Source of the DNA: an uncultured Myxococcales bacterium
GTDB lineage: Bacteria; Myxococcota_A; UBA9042
Assembly: GCA_903869075.1 (NCBI GenBank)
Contig: CAIPXZ010000327.1
Location: forward strand, 1 to 51,795
DNA length: 51,795 nucleotides
Direction: 5' to 3'
Numbering within the stretch: the stretch's first letter is position 1; each line of letters begins with the position of its first letter. The position numbers were made by a program, and so were the translations under genes. Shown one piece after another: positions 1 to 12,528 of the stretch. The notes beneath the pieces are model-generated. The model ran no database searches. It was not told where the DNA came from and saw only the letters and a list, made by a program, of their open reading frames with translations.

Positions 1-1
1 G

Positions 2-136
2 CTCAAGGTCGACCACGAGGGCTGGGTCAAGGAGATCGCGGACGTGCGCGCGGAGCACTACCCGAAGTTTGGCGACAAGCTCCCGGCGGAGCTGTGGCAC
101 GAGCTGGAAGGGCTGGAAGCGCGGCTGCGGGGGTAG
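2..136 (+). CDS. 3' end of a gene running off the window start; tail resembles the C-terminus of GTP-dependent phosphoenolpyruvate carboxykinase
   Basis: Open frame from the window edge to TAG 134-136 reads LKVDHEGWVKEIADVRAEHYPKFGDKLPAELWHELEGLEARLRG. The ..EHY.KFGDKLP.EL..EL..LE.RL tail matches what I recall of GTP-PEPCK C-termini. It is too short to be sure. Confidence 0.5.
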   Translation, partial: LKVDHEGWVKEIADVRAEHYPKFGDKLPAELWHELEGLEARLRG

Positions 137-142
137 CGCGAG

Positions 143-490
143 GTGCTGGGCGACCGGGCGCGGCCACAACCTGGACTTGGCCGAAATGGCCCCGCGCGGA
201 TTCTGCGCGTCGCCGTCGCGGTGGTCGCGCTGAGCGGCTGTGCCCGAACGACTGCCCCAGCCGATTCCGGAGCCACGTGTCGTGAGCTCTCGGCGGCGGA
301 TGGCGTCTGCTGTTGCAAGCCGTGGATCAAGCTCGTGTGCGTCAACGGCAAGTGGCTGTGCGAGCTCGGACCTGAGCCGACGCTGGGCAGCTGCGATGAC
401 ATGATCGAAGGGCACTACCAGCAGCTGTGCCCGGGCTTCGGCACCAGCGAATTCGACGATGCGTACTCGTACGACGCCGCGAAGGACTGA
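143..490 (+). CDS. small secreted Cys-rich lipoprotein (hypothetical)
   Basis: 115-aa ORF with a GTG start from the track (true start uncertain). It has a signal/lipobox-like RVAVAVVALSG|C followed by eight further Cys (..VCCCKPWIKLVCVNGKWLC..). No family recognised. Confidence 0.45.
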   Translation: MLGDRARPQPGLGRNGPARILRVAVAVVALSGCARTTAPADSGATCRELSAADGVCCCKPWIKLVCVNGKWLCELGPEPTLGSCDDMIEGHYQQLCPGFGTSEFDDAYSYDAAKD

Positions 491-495
491 GCGCC

Positions 496-4593
<4,098 letters not shown>

Positions 4594-4843
4594 CTCGCCT
4601 CGCACCAGCGCCGCCCGGGACGGCAGCGACGACAAAGAGCGCCACCGTCCAGCGACGCCAGCGCGTTGAGTCTGCGCCGCGGCGGGTCACGCGTCAAGGA
4701 GACAATGCGTTTGCATTTCAAGCGGTTGCGATGCCTTGATCTTTGTCATGCCGACGCACCCTTACCGGCAGCGATGGCATCTCCATGACACAGGCCATTT
4801 GCGTCCTGCGGCCAGCGATCGCAAGCTTGCCGCTGCGGCCGTG

Positions 4844-7705
4844 ATGCGCCGGATGAAGCGAGGTTTGTCGATGGTGTACCGCAGCCAAATCAGTATTTTG
4901 CTTGGTCTTGTTCTGATGGCGTGCGGCGGCTCCAAGGCCGTGACGCCGCCGGACGATGCCGGGCCAACCGACGTCACGGCGACGCTGACTGTGACGGTTT
5001 ACACGCCGACGACGCTGGCCAAAGGCGTGAGCCCGGCGGTGGATGACCTCGTCGCGGATCTGCAACACCTTGGCGTGCAGAACGTGGCGCGCGCAAGCCT
5101 GCCCGCGCCGGCGTGCGCGGATGGCCACCTGGACCTGCTGGTGCTGGGCGACGGCCAGACCGACCTCGCGGCGCAAGAGCTCGACGTCGCGGAGACGCTT
5201 TGCGGCGCGAACGGGCGGCAGGTCACGCTGCGCGGCGGCGGAATTTTCGCAGCGCAGTGGGCCATTTACGCGTGGCTTGAGCACCTCGGCATCCGCTACC
5301 TGCACCCGGAGCAGACACTGTACCCGGACGCGCTGGCGCTCGGCGCGCAGGCGTGGAACCTGCGCGACAAGCCGATCTGGCCGGCGCGATCGATCCACGC
5401 GCACCGCACGCACCCGATTGACCTGTCGCCGCCGCTGGATGCGACGCAAACCGGGCTGGACATGGCGGGGTACCACCGGCGGTGGGTGGGGTGGAACGTC
5501 AAAATGCGCCAGACGGCGGTGGACGGCTGGGACTACGACAAGATCGGCAACTACGCGTTTGACCGAGGGTTTCAGCGCGGCGGCGGGTTTTCGCTGGACG
5601 ACACGCAGCAGGGTTCGCACCCGCTGATCGACCCGGGCAGCCCGCTGAGCACGAACGACCAGCTGGCGGCGGTGATCGACGCGCAAATGGCGCCGGTGCC
5701 GGGACTGCCGAACAACACGACCTTCGGATTTACCTACGGTTCCAATGAGTTTGCCAAGGACGATCCGACCAAGGCGCTGGATGAGATGACGTTCATCACG
5801 AACTACATCACGCAAAAATATCCCGGCGTGCAAGTCTCGACAATCAACCACGGCACGCACATGGACCCGGTGCCGCCGTACAACGTCCGCTACTACGACC
5901 TGTCGGGGCTGGCGCCGCCGGAGCTGCAAGTTTCCGTACACATGCTGATGTTTTACGACCTGACGCGCAGCGCGTGCGGCGTCTACGGCAACCCGGATTA
6001 CACGCCGCTGCGCGAATTCATTATGGCGCAGAAGGACAAACGGCGGATTGAATATTACCCGGAGTCGTCGTGGTGGCTGACTTTTGACTTGCCGGTGCCG
6101 CTCTATCTGGCGCCGGTGTCGCTGGACGCGCGCGAGGCGGATTTCAAGCTGCTGGCGCCGTTCATCAACAGCGATCCGCTGGCGAAAACCGGGCTGATTT
6201 CGCACCACGTTTTCTCCAGTGGCCAGGAATGGGGCTATTGGTTGATCGATTATTGCACTGCGAAAATGACGTGGAATGGCAACCCCAGCGCCGACGCGTG
6301 CATCCGCGGCGCGTTTGACCAATTCGTGGGCGGCAACGACGTCGCCGACGTGCTGCAAGCCGTCAACGCGGCGCAGGTTGTGCAGATGCGCGATCCGGAA
6401 ATCGTGCGTTTCTTGGTCGGCACCGATGATCCCACGGAAACGGCGTACCAGGCGGGCATCGTTTTCCACCCGCTGCCGCCCGCGCTGACGGACGTGCTGG
6501 CCTACACCGATGCGCAAGTGACCGATTTGACGACGAACAGTCTGGACAAGCTGGATACCATGGCGACGCAATATGCGGGCTGGGCGGCGCAGATCGACGC
6601 GATCGTCGCCAAGCAGGACGCGCAGCACGCGCCGTGGATCCGCGAAGTGCGCGACGGTCTGGCGATGTTCGGGCTGCGGGCGGCGCACGCCTCGGCGGTG
6701 TACCGGACGGTGCTGGCGCTGCGGGCGGCGACCAAGAACGGGGACGCGGCGGCGATTCAAGCGGCGGCGGCGGGCGTGGACAAGGCGGCGGCGGTGACCA
6801 CCCAGGCGCGCGCGGTGGTGACGGCGCGCGAGGCGGACTACCGCTACCCGCCGGCGTTGACGATCGTCGGCGACGAGCCGGGAACGCCTGGCGCCATCGT
6901 CAACGAGACGATTTACCCGTACCGCTACCTCTCGCGCGTGCACCGGCTGTTCTACTGGACGCGGCCGGACAAGCAGCTGGCGGGGTTGTTTGGCGCAGGG
7001 CTGCCGGTGCTGGACGTGCCGGAGCGAATCCTCATCCTCGGCGAGGCGTTTGCGCCGAAGCTGCTGATTACGGCGACGTCGCTGTCGCTCGACTGGGGCG
7101 ATGGCAAGGTGGAAACGAGCGTAAATCCACACACCTATGCTGCGGAAGGGTTCTACGACTGGAAACTTTCGGCGCTGCAAAAGACCGGCGCCGTCAACCA
7201 TGCGGACAAAGCCGCGGTGGTGGAGCGGCGCATCGTGTTCGCCAAGGGCAGCTTGCAGGTCGAGTTGCCCAAGGGTGGCGACATCGTGGCGTCGTTCCTG
7301 CCGGGCTTTGTTGTCGGCATTGGCAAGGACGCGGCCGGCGATTGCTTCGCGCTGGGGCGCATCGATGGCAAGGCGCCGCAAACCGCCGAGGGCGGCCTGC
7401 AACGCGTGGCGCGGACGGGGATGGTGTACGGCCCGGGCAATTTTGACGTCAACCTCGGCTCGGTCGGCACCATCACCTTGCAGCAAGCCACTGTGACCTA
7501 CGACGACGGCACTGGCAAGGCTGCGCGGACGCTGACGATTCAGGGCCAGCTGCCGACCGACGCGCTGGTGCAGGCGATTGTCAACGTCGGCGGTTTCGCG
7601 CCCGACGGGGCGCGGAGCATGATCGCCATCACGCTCGGCTACACGCCGGAGACGCTGCCGACGCTGCTGGATTTCCGGCTCACAGGCCTCGGGACCGAGG
7701 GGTAG
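4844..7705 (+). CDS. large secreted lipoprotein with a PKD-like segment (function unknown)
   Basis: 953 aa from ATG 4844 (4853/4871 also possible). The signal peptide MRRMKRGLSMVYRSQISILLGLVLMA|CGG carries a lipobox. A PKD-like stretch LSLDWGDGKVETSVNPHTYAAEGFYDWKL lies near 7.08-7.2 kb. The N-terminal LRGGGIFAAQWAIYAWLEHLGIRYLHPE only weakly recalls N-domains of DUF4838/GH20-type proteins. Confidence 0.75.
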   Translation: MRRMKRGLSMVYRSQISILLGLVLMACGGSKAVTPPDDAGPTDVTATLTVTVYTPTTLAKGVSPAVDDLVADLQHLGVQNVARASLPAPACADGHLDLLVLGDGQTDLAAQELDVAETLCGANGRQVTLRGGGIFAAQWAIYAWLEHLGIRYLHPEQTLYPDALALGAQAWNLRDKPIWPARSIHAHRTHPIDLSPPLDATQTGLDMAGYHRRWVGWNVKMRQTAVDGWDYDKIGNYAFDRGFQRGGGFSLDDTQQGSHPLIDPGSPLSTNDQLAAVIDAQMAPVPGLPNNTTFGFTYGSNEFAKDDPTKALDEMTFITNYITQKYPGVQVSTINHGTHMDPVPPYNVRYYDLSGLAPPELQVSVHMLMFYDLTRSACGVYGNPDYTPLREFIMAQKDKRRIEYYPESSWWLTFDLPVPLYLAPVSLDAREADFKLLAPFINSDPLAKTGLISHHVFSSGQEWGYWLIDYCTAKMTWNGNPSADACIRGAFDQFVGGNDVADVLQAVNAAQVVQMRDPEIVRFLVGTDDPTETAYQAGIVFHPLPPALTDVLAYTDAQVTDLTTNSLDKLDTMATQYAGWAAQIDAIVAKQDAQHAPWIREVRDGLAMFGLRAAHASAVYRTVLALRAATKNGDAAAIQAAAAGVDKAAAVTTQARAVVTAREADYRYPPALTIVGDEPGTPGAIVNETIYPYRYLSRVHRLFYWTRPDKQLAGLFGAGLPVLDVPERILILGEAFAPKLLITATSLSLDWGDGKVETSVNPHTYAAEGFYDWKLSALQKTGAVNHADKAAVVERRIVFAKGSLQVELPKGGDIVASFLPGFVVGIGKDAAGDCFALGRIDGKAPQTAEGGLQRVARTGMVYGPGNFDVNLGSVGTITLQQATVTYDDGTGKAARTLTIQGQLPTDALVQAIVNVGGFAPDGARSMIAITLGYTPETLPTLLDFRLTGLGTEG

Positions 7706-8034
7706 CGGCAGGCGCGCGCACCGCGTGCCTCGCGCCGGGCCTCCACGCCAGCCGGCAAAAATGCCTCCCCCACTGCTTGCCCGGTTGCCCGGGCAAACCA
7801 CCACCCTGGGCACCGGTGGCGCTCTGCGCGCTGCCGGTACCCGCGGCCCCGGAGCGTTGCCGCTCCGTCCGCCCCTCCGTTTGCGGCGGCTAGCGGGTTG
7901 CCAGCCGTCGCGGAGCCAGGTTGTGGGTCCGCCGCCCTGCCGCCCGTACGCGCGGTCCAGCTGCGAACGAGGAGCCCAGCTCGCCCCTCAAAACCATGTT
8001 CGGAAGTTAGCGGATTCTGCCGCGGTGGTGACGC

Positions 8035-8063
8035 AAAAAAAATTCGCCGAGCGGCCAGCGGCG
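8035..8063 (-). terminator. candidate intrinsic terminator directly after the radical-SAM gene
   Basis: On the minus strand, immediately after the stop (8064-8066): CGCCG-9 nt loop-CGGCG (8059-8063 / 8045-8049), then AA and a T8 run (8035-8042). The stem is short. Confidence 0.35.
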
Positions 8064-8834
8064 TCACAGCCCGGCAAAGACCCGGCACGGAATGCCCAAC
8101 GCTTCCACCTGCGCGGCGATCCCTCGCGCCACGTCTTGCGGCACCATCGCCAACGCACGATCAATCGGCTTGCGGTCCAGCGTATACAAATCCACGCGCT
8201 TGGGCTGAATGTCCCGGATGCGCGCCAGCCACGCCGCCACTTCGGCGTCCGTGGTGTTGTCCACGCGACCGCGCACGAGGATTGTCTGCACGGCCACGCC
8301 CGGCAGGCTCGCCGCGGCAGCCGTCAGCGCGTCCAAAGACAGCGCCTCCCACGGCATGTCCAGCTTGGCAAATACCGCCTGCGTTCCGGCGTCCAGCTTC
8401 ACCGCGACTTCGCTCACGTGGCGCAGCGCTGCGCGCACCTCTGGCCGATGCAGCTCCGTCCCGGCCGTCAGCACCACAAGGCCGCGCCCCGGCAAGTAGC
8501 GGTCGCGCAGCCGCGCCAGCGTCGCCAACGCCACGTCCAGTTGCGGATGCAGCGTCGGCTCGCCGTTGCCGGACACCACGAGCGCGTCGATCGCCGGCCG
8601 CGCCTCGAGCGCCACGGTCACTTCCCGCTCCAGCGTCGCCACACTGGGAAATTCATGCGCCGCGCTGTGGTGTTTCTCCGCGCCTAGCTGGCAATACGTG
8701 CAGCGAAACGTGCAGAATTTGTCGCCCAGCGGCAGCAGGTTGATGCCCAGGGTGACGCCATACCGCCGCGACGGCACTGGCCCGTAGACCGTGTGCGGCG
8801 CAAGCTGACTGTGGGCGCTGTGCTGCGGTTCCAT
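8064..8834 (-). CDS. radical SAM protein (COG0731-like)
   Basis: 256 aa from ATG 8834; the longer track ORF to 9050 would overlap the upstream gene. The CxxxCxxC cluster motif sits in GDKFCTFRCTYCQLG, preceded by GPVPSRRYGVTLGINLLP. It starts 20 nt downstream of the preceding gene's stop. Confidence 0.85.
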   Translation of the reverse strand: MEPQHSAHSQLAPHTVYGPVPSRRYGVTLGINLLPLGDKFCTFRCTYCQLGAEKHHSAAHEFPSVATLEREVTVALEARPAIDALVVSGNGEPTLHPQLDVALATLARLRDRYLPGRGLVVLTAGTELHRPEVRAALRHVSEVAVKLDAGTQAVFAKLDMPWEALSLDALTAAAASLPGVAVQTILVRGRVDNTTDAEVAAWLARIRDIQPKRVDLYTLDRKPIDRALAMVPQDVARGIAAQVEALGIPCRVFAGL

Positions 8835-8854
8835 GCTCGCCTCCGGACCGGACT

Positions 8855-9526
8855 CTACTGCCGACCGCCCGGGATCGCCACATAGACGGTGTGGCGGCGG
8901 CCGCCTTTGCCCGGGTGATGGACCTGCACGCCAAAATCCAAGGATTGCAGGCGCTTGACAAACGGCGGGTCGAAATCTTCCGCCCACACCGTGAACAGCC
9001 CGCCCGGCCGCAGCGCCGCCAGCGTCCGCTGCAGCGCCGCCTTGCCCCAAAACGCGTCATCCGGCCGCTGCGAAGCCTCGTGCGGGCCTTCATACAAGTC
9101 CAGCACGATCGCGTCCCATTGCCCACGGCTCTCGCCGATCAGCCGCGCCACGTCGCCGACATGCAGCCGCGCCCGCGGATCGTGCAGCGCGTCGTCGGTG
9201 AGCAGCGCCAGCGGCCCTTCGCACCACTGCACCACGCGCGGGTTCAACTCGGCGACCGTCACTTCGGCGTCCGCCGGCAGGGCGTCCAGCGCCGCGCGCA
9301 GCGTATAGCCCATGCCAAGGCCGCCGATCAGCACCCGTGGTTTCACCTTTCCATGCAATGGCTTACACGCCAAGTCGGCAACTGCCAGCTCCGACCGGAA
9401 CGCCGTCGAGCTCATCAACACCCGCCCACCGACGAGGATGAGAAAGTCCTTTGGCCCGCGCTGCCGCAGCTCCAGATCGCCCTCCGGCGTCGGCAACTTA
9501 TCCAGGATTATCCATGGTTGCGCCAT
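8855..9526 (-). CDS. spermidine-synthase-like / class I SAM-dependent transferase
   Basis: 223 aa. Rossmann GxGxG motif in VLIGGLGMGYTLRAAL, then VAELNPRVV and DAIVLDLYEGP, resembling the PABS (spermine/spermidine synthase) fold. Confidence 0.75.
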   Translation of the reverse strand: MAQPWIILDKLPTPEGDLELRQRGPKDFLILVGGRVLMSSTAFRSELAVADLACKPLHGKVKPRVLIGGLGMGYTLRAALDALPADAEVTVAELNPRVVQWCEGPLALLTDDALHDPRARLHVGDVARLIGESRGQWDAIVLDLYEGPHEASQRPDDAFWGKAALQRTLAALRPGGLFTVWAEDFDPPFVKRLQSLDFGVQVHHPGKGGRRHTVYVAIPGGRQ

Positions 9527-9547
9527 TCACGACCCCCGATCGACACA

Positions 9548-9571
9548 GCCCACCCGCATAAGAGGGTGGGC
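9548..9571. other. stable GC hairpin between topB and the transferase gene
   Basis: GCCCACCC-gcataaga-GGGTGGGC (8-bp perfect stem, 8-nt loop). It lies ~150 nt downstream of the topB stop and 22 nt upstream of the 9526 start. There is no U-tract, so a terminator versus leader role is unresolved. Confidence 0.3.
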
Positions 9572-9722
9572 CGCTATTATCGCACTCCGCCCGATTTTTC
9601 CGCGGCCACCAAAAAAATGTCACACAGGACGCCGTGTCTTGCGGACCAGCAAGCCCGCGCGTCGCCGAATACCTGCAGGCGACCCGCGCGCAGCGCGCAC
9701 GCGGGCGCGCTAGCCGCGGCGT

Positions 9723-12170
9723 TCACAGCTGCCACGTCTGGCAGGGTTCACACCACTGATACCAAGCCCGCTTCTTCCCGCTCCACAGCGGCGCCATCGG
9801 CTGCTGGCAACTCGGGCAGGTCGCTGGTTGGGGCTGCGGCGGCAACTGCGCCCGGTCGTGCGCGACCGGCCAGGTGTCGCAGCGCTGGCAACGCAGGAAA
9901 TACTGGCGTTTCTTCTCGCTCCAAATCAGGTGGGCGATCTGCTTGCAACCGTCGCATTTCACAAGCGCCGGCATGGGCGGCCGTCCTGCGGTCGCTTGCT
10001 CGTCCTGTTCGCCGCCGCAGCATTGGCACAGCCGCTTGCCGCCGCGTGTCGTCGCCACTGCGCCCGTGCAGAACCGGCAGCGCGTTAGCGCCCGGCCAGC
10101 CGCGTCCACGTCCCAGCTCACCCGGCATTGCGGGTCGGCGATCGCGCTGCACAGCACATAGCTGCGGCCTTCCCAGCTCTTGCGCAGCAAATTCGAGCCG
10201 CACCGCGGACACACGGCCAGCGCCGCCTCGCCCGCCGCGCGCGCGATCGTCGGCTTGCTGTGGCGAATCCGGTCCACCAGTTCCGTCACGTACTTGCGGA
10301 TGTCCTCCATGAACGCGTCGCGGCCGGCGTTACCGCGGCGGATCTGCTCCATCGCCGCCTCCCACTGCCCGGTCAGCAGCGGCGACTTCAGCGCGTCCAC
10401 CTCGATGCTGTCGATGAGCGACACGCCCTTCTCCGTCGGCACCAGGTTCGTCGTCTTGCGTTCCTGCTTGCGCTCGACGTAGCCGCGCTTGATCAGCGTC
10501 TCGATGATGTTGGCGCGCGTCGCCGGCGTACCCAGCCCGGAGTCCTTCATCGCGCCGCGCAGGTTCTCGTCGTCCAGTTCGCGGCCGGCGGTCTGCATCG
10601 CCGTCAGCAAATCGCCTTCGGTCATCGCCTTGGGCGGCGTCGTCTGGCCCTTGCGCGTCTGCACATCCAGCGTCTGCACCGGCTCGGACTTCTTCAGCCG
10701 CGGCAGCTTGCCGCTTTCATCGCCCTCGGCTTTTTGCCGCGACGGCGGCGGATCCACGCGCGACCAGCCCGGCTCTTTCAGCACGTTGCCGTAGCTCTTG
10801 AAGGTCTCGCCGTCCTGGCCGCGCGCCTTGCCAACGGTAGTCACGACCTCGGTCTTCGCCTCGACGCGATCGGGGAACCACGCCGCCAGCAGCCGTCGCG
10901 CGATCAGGTCGTAGATCTTGCCCTGCTCGTCCGGCAGTGACGGCGGCGGCGCCTTCTCCGTCACGGTGAGGCCGCTGTGATCCTCGACCTCCTTGTCGTC
11001 GACGAACCGCTTGCCCAGCAGCGGCGGCTTGCCGTTGCCCATCTGCTCAATTTCACGGACAAATTCGCCGTACTGCGTCCGCCGCAGCGCGTCCAGCCAT
11101 TGCGGCGCCTTGGCGGCGTCGGCGTGGGTCAGGTGCCGTGAGTTGGTACGCGGGTAGGAAATCAGTTTGGCTTCATAGAGTTGCTGCGCGATCTCCAGCG
11201 TGTGCTCCGCCGTCATGCCAAAGCGCTTGTTCGCCTCTTTTTGCAGCGCCGTCAGGTCGTACAGCAGCTCCGGCTTCTTCTTGTCATCGCGCGCGCTGAC
11301 CGCCGTCACCACGCCGGGCTGGTCTTTCAGCTTGGCGACGAGCGCCAGCGCCTCGGCTTCGCGGTCCAGCCGGTCGTCATCGCGCGTGCCCGCCTTGCCG
11401 CCGTCCAGCACGACTGGAACCTTTCGAAACCACGTGCCTTTGTAGGTCTGGCGCGGGCCGTCGCCGTCCGCCTCCGGCTGAAATTGCGCCTGCACAGTCC
11501 AAAAGTCCTTGGGCACAAAGTGGTTGCGGTCCTTCTCACGCGCCACGAGGATCGCGAGCGTCGGCGTCTGGACCCGGCCGACGCTGTAAACGCCCTCGCC
11601 GCCACGACTTTTGGCGACCAGCGTCTGCGCCCGCGTGCAGTTCAGGCCGACGAGCCAGTCCGCCTCCTGGCGGCAGCGCGCAGCGTCGGTCAGGCCGCGG
11701 TAGGCCTCGTCGGGCTTCATTTTGGCCCACGCGTCGCGGATCGCGTCGTCGGTCAGGCTCGAGGTCCACAGCCGCTTGACCGGCTTGTCGCAGCCCGCCA
11801 GCGCGAACGCGAGGTGAAAGATGAGCTGCCCTTCGCGCCCGGCGTCGGTCGCGTTCACGACGTCCTTGAGCTCCGGGTGCTGCAACAGCTCCCGCACCGC
11901 GTGCCATTGGTCCAGCGTGCCCGGCGATGGCTCGTACTTGAACGCCGCCGGCAGCAGCGGCAGCGACGCCATGGTCCAGCGCTTCAACGCCGGGTCGTAC
12001 GCCTCCGGGTCGACGGCTTGGACAAGGTGCCCGACGCACCACGTCACAACGAGCGGCTCGCCGCTCTTGGCATCGCGGCCGTGGATGGCGTGCCGTCCCG
12101 AGCCGGTAATGCCCAACGCCGCGGCAATCGCGCGGCCCATGCTGGGTTTTTCCGAGAGGATGAGGCGCAC
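9723..12170 (-). CDS. topB: DNA topoisomerase III with extended multi-zinc-ribbon C-terminus
   Basis: 815 aa from GTG 12170, with Toprim start VRLILSEKPSMGRAIAAAL, then NATDAGREGQLIF and the catalytic-Tyr region KLISYPRTNSRHL. The C-terminal 162 aa carry four CxxC..CxxC units. The track ORF extends to 12803, but that part is Arg/Pro/Ser-rich junk overlapping the divergent regulator. Confidence 0.9.
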   Translation of the reverse strand: MRLILSEKPSMGRAIAAALGITGSGRHAIHGRDAKSGEPLVVTWCVGHLVQAVDPEAYDPALKRWTMASLPLLPAAFKYEPSPGTLDQWHAVRELLQHPELKDVVNATDAGREGQLIFHLAFALAGCDKPVKRLWTSSLTDDAIRDAWAKMKPDEAYRGLTDAARCRQEADWLVGLNCTRAQTLVAKSRGGEGVYSVGRVQTPTLAILVAREKDRNHFVPKDFWTVQAQFQPEADGDGPRQTYKGTWFRKVPVVLDGGKAGTRDDDRLDREAEALALVAKLKDQPGVVTAVSARDDKKKPELLYDLTALQKEANKRFGMTAEHTLEIAQQLYEAKLISYPRTNSRHLTHADAAKAPQWLDALRRTQYGEFVREIEQMGNGKPPLLGKRFVDDKEVEDHSGLTVTEKAPPPSLPDEQGKIYDLIARRLLAAWFPDRVEAKTEVVTTVGKARGQDGETFKSYGNVLKEPGWSRVDPPPSRQKAEGDESGKLPRLKKSEPVQTLDVQTRKGQTTPPKAMTEGDLLTAMQTAGRELDDENLRGAMKDSGLGTPATRANIIETLIKRGYVERKQERKTTNLVPTEKGVSLIDSIEVDALKSPLLTGQWEAAMEQIRRGNAGRDAFMEDIRKYVTELVDRIRHSKPTIARAAGEAALAVCPRCGSNLLRKSWEGRSYVLCSAIADPQCRVSWDVDAAGRALTRCRFCTGAVATTRGGKRLCQCCGGEQDEQATAGRPPMPALVKCDGCKQIAHLIWSEKKRQYFLRCQRCDTWPVAHDRAQLPPQPQPATCPSCQQPMAPLWSGKKRAWYQWCEPCQTWQL

Positions 12171-12385
12171 GGCGAATGGTCCAGGGCCCACGGGCCGGGC
12201 CGGGAGCGTAGGACGCGTCAACCGCCCGCGCAAGGCGACGTGGCGAAAAAGCCACGGTAGCAAATGGCGGAAAATACATCGTGCTTGACGCCCCGAAAAC
12301 CCCGCGGCAGACTGAAAATCGTGGGCAGCATTCGCGTGGGGCGAATGCGCAAATCGCGATGCCAAAGTGCATTGGCTGGCACGCC

Positions 12386-12396
12386 GGGGGGGGGGG
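12386..12396. repeat. G11 homopolymer tract in the topB / HD-GYP divergent intergenic region
   Basis: Eleven consecutive G read directly (..cacgccGGGGGGGGGGGccggcg..), 133 nt upstream of the regulator ATG. Confidence 0.9.
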
Positions 12397-12528
12397 CCGG
12401 CGACGCGTCTTCGTCCAAGAATTGGCGTCTTTTTTGTGCAGAATCCGCAGCGCCTTGATTGGCATCCGACCGTGCGTGCGGCCGGCGTGCCGCGCTGGGT
12501 GTCGCGGTCGGAATCGCGAGGGGGCCGG

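Noticed and set aside
7777-7796. Hairpin TTGCCCGG-ttgc-CCGGGCAA downstream of the 953-aa lipoprotein gene
   Set aside because: It has an 8-bp stem but no U-tract and lies 70 nt past the stop. It might be a terminator in a GC-rich host, but the evidence is too thin to call as a feature.
4718-7813. 1031-aa ORF on the minus strand opposite the 953-aa lipoprotein
   Set aside because: Its composition is Arg-rich and repetitive, and it has no signal or domain. The + strand frame has a proper lipobox, a PKD-like motif and balanced composition.
7706-8034. ~330-bp convergent intergenic region inspected for a tRNA or small RNA
   Set aside because: I found no T-loop (GGTTCGAnnCC) or anticodon-arm pattern and no conserved-looking structure by eye. 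A covariance-model scan would be needed to exclude an sRNA.
12367-12528. GTG-initiated 54-aa extension of the HD-GYP regulator that would place the G11 tract inside coding sequence
   Set aside because: The receiver domain begins at MARVLVVDD with a purine-rich RBS directly upstream, and the extension is Arg/Gly/Pro junk. It is kept in mind only as the reason the G tract could in principle be phase-relevant.
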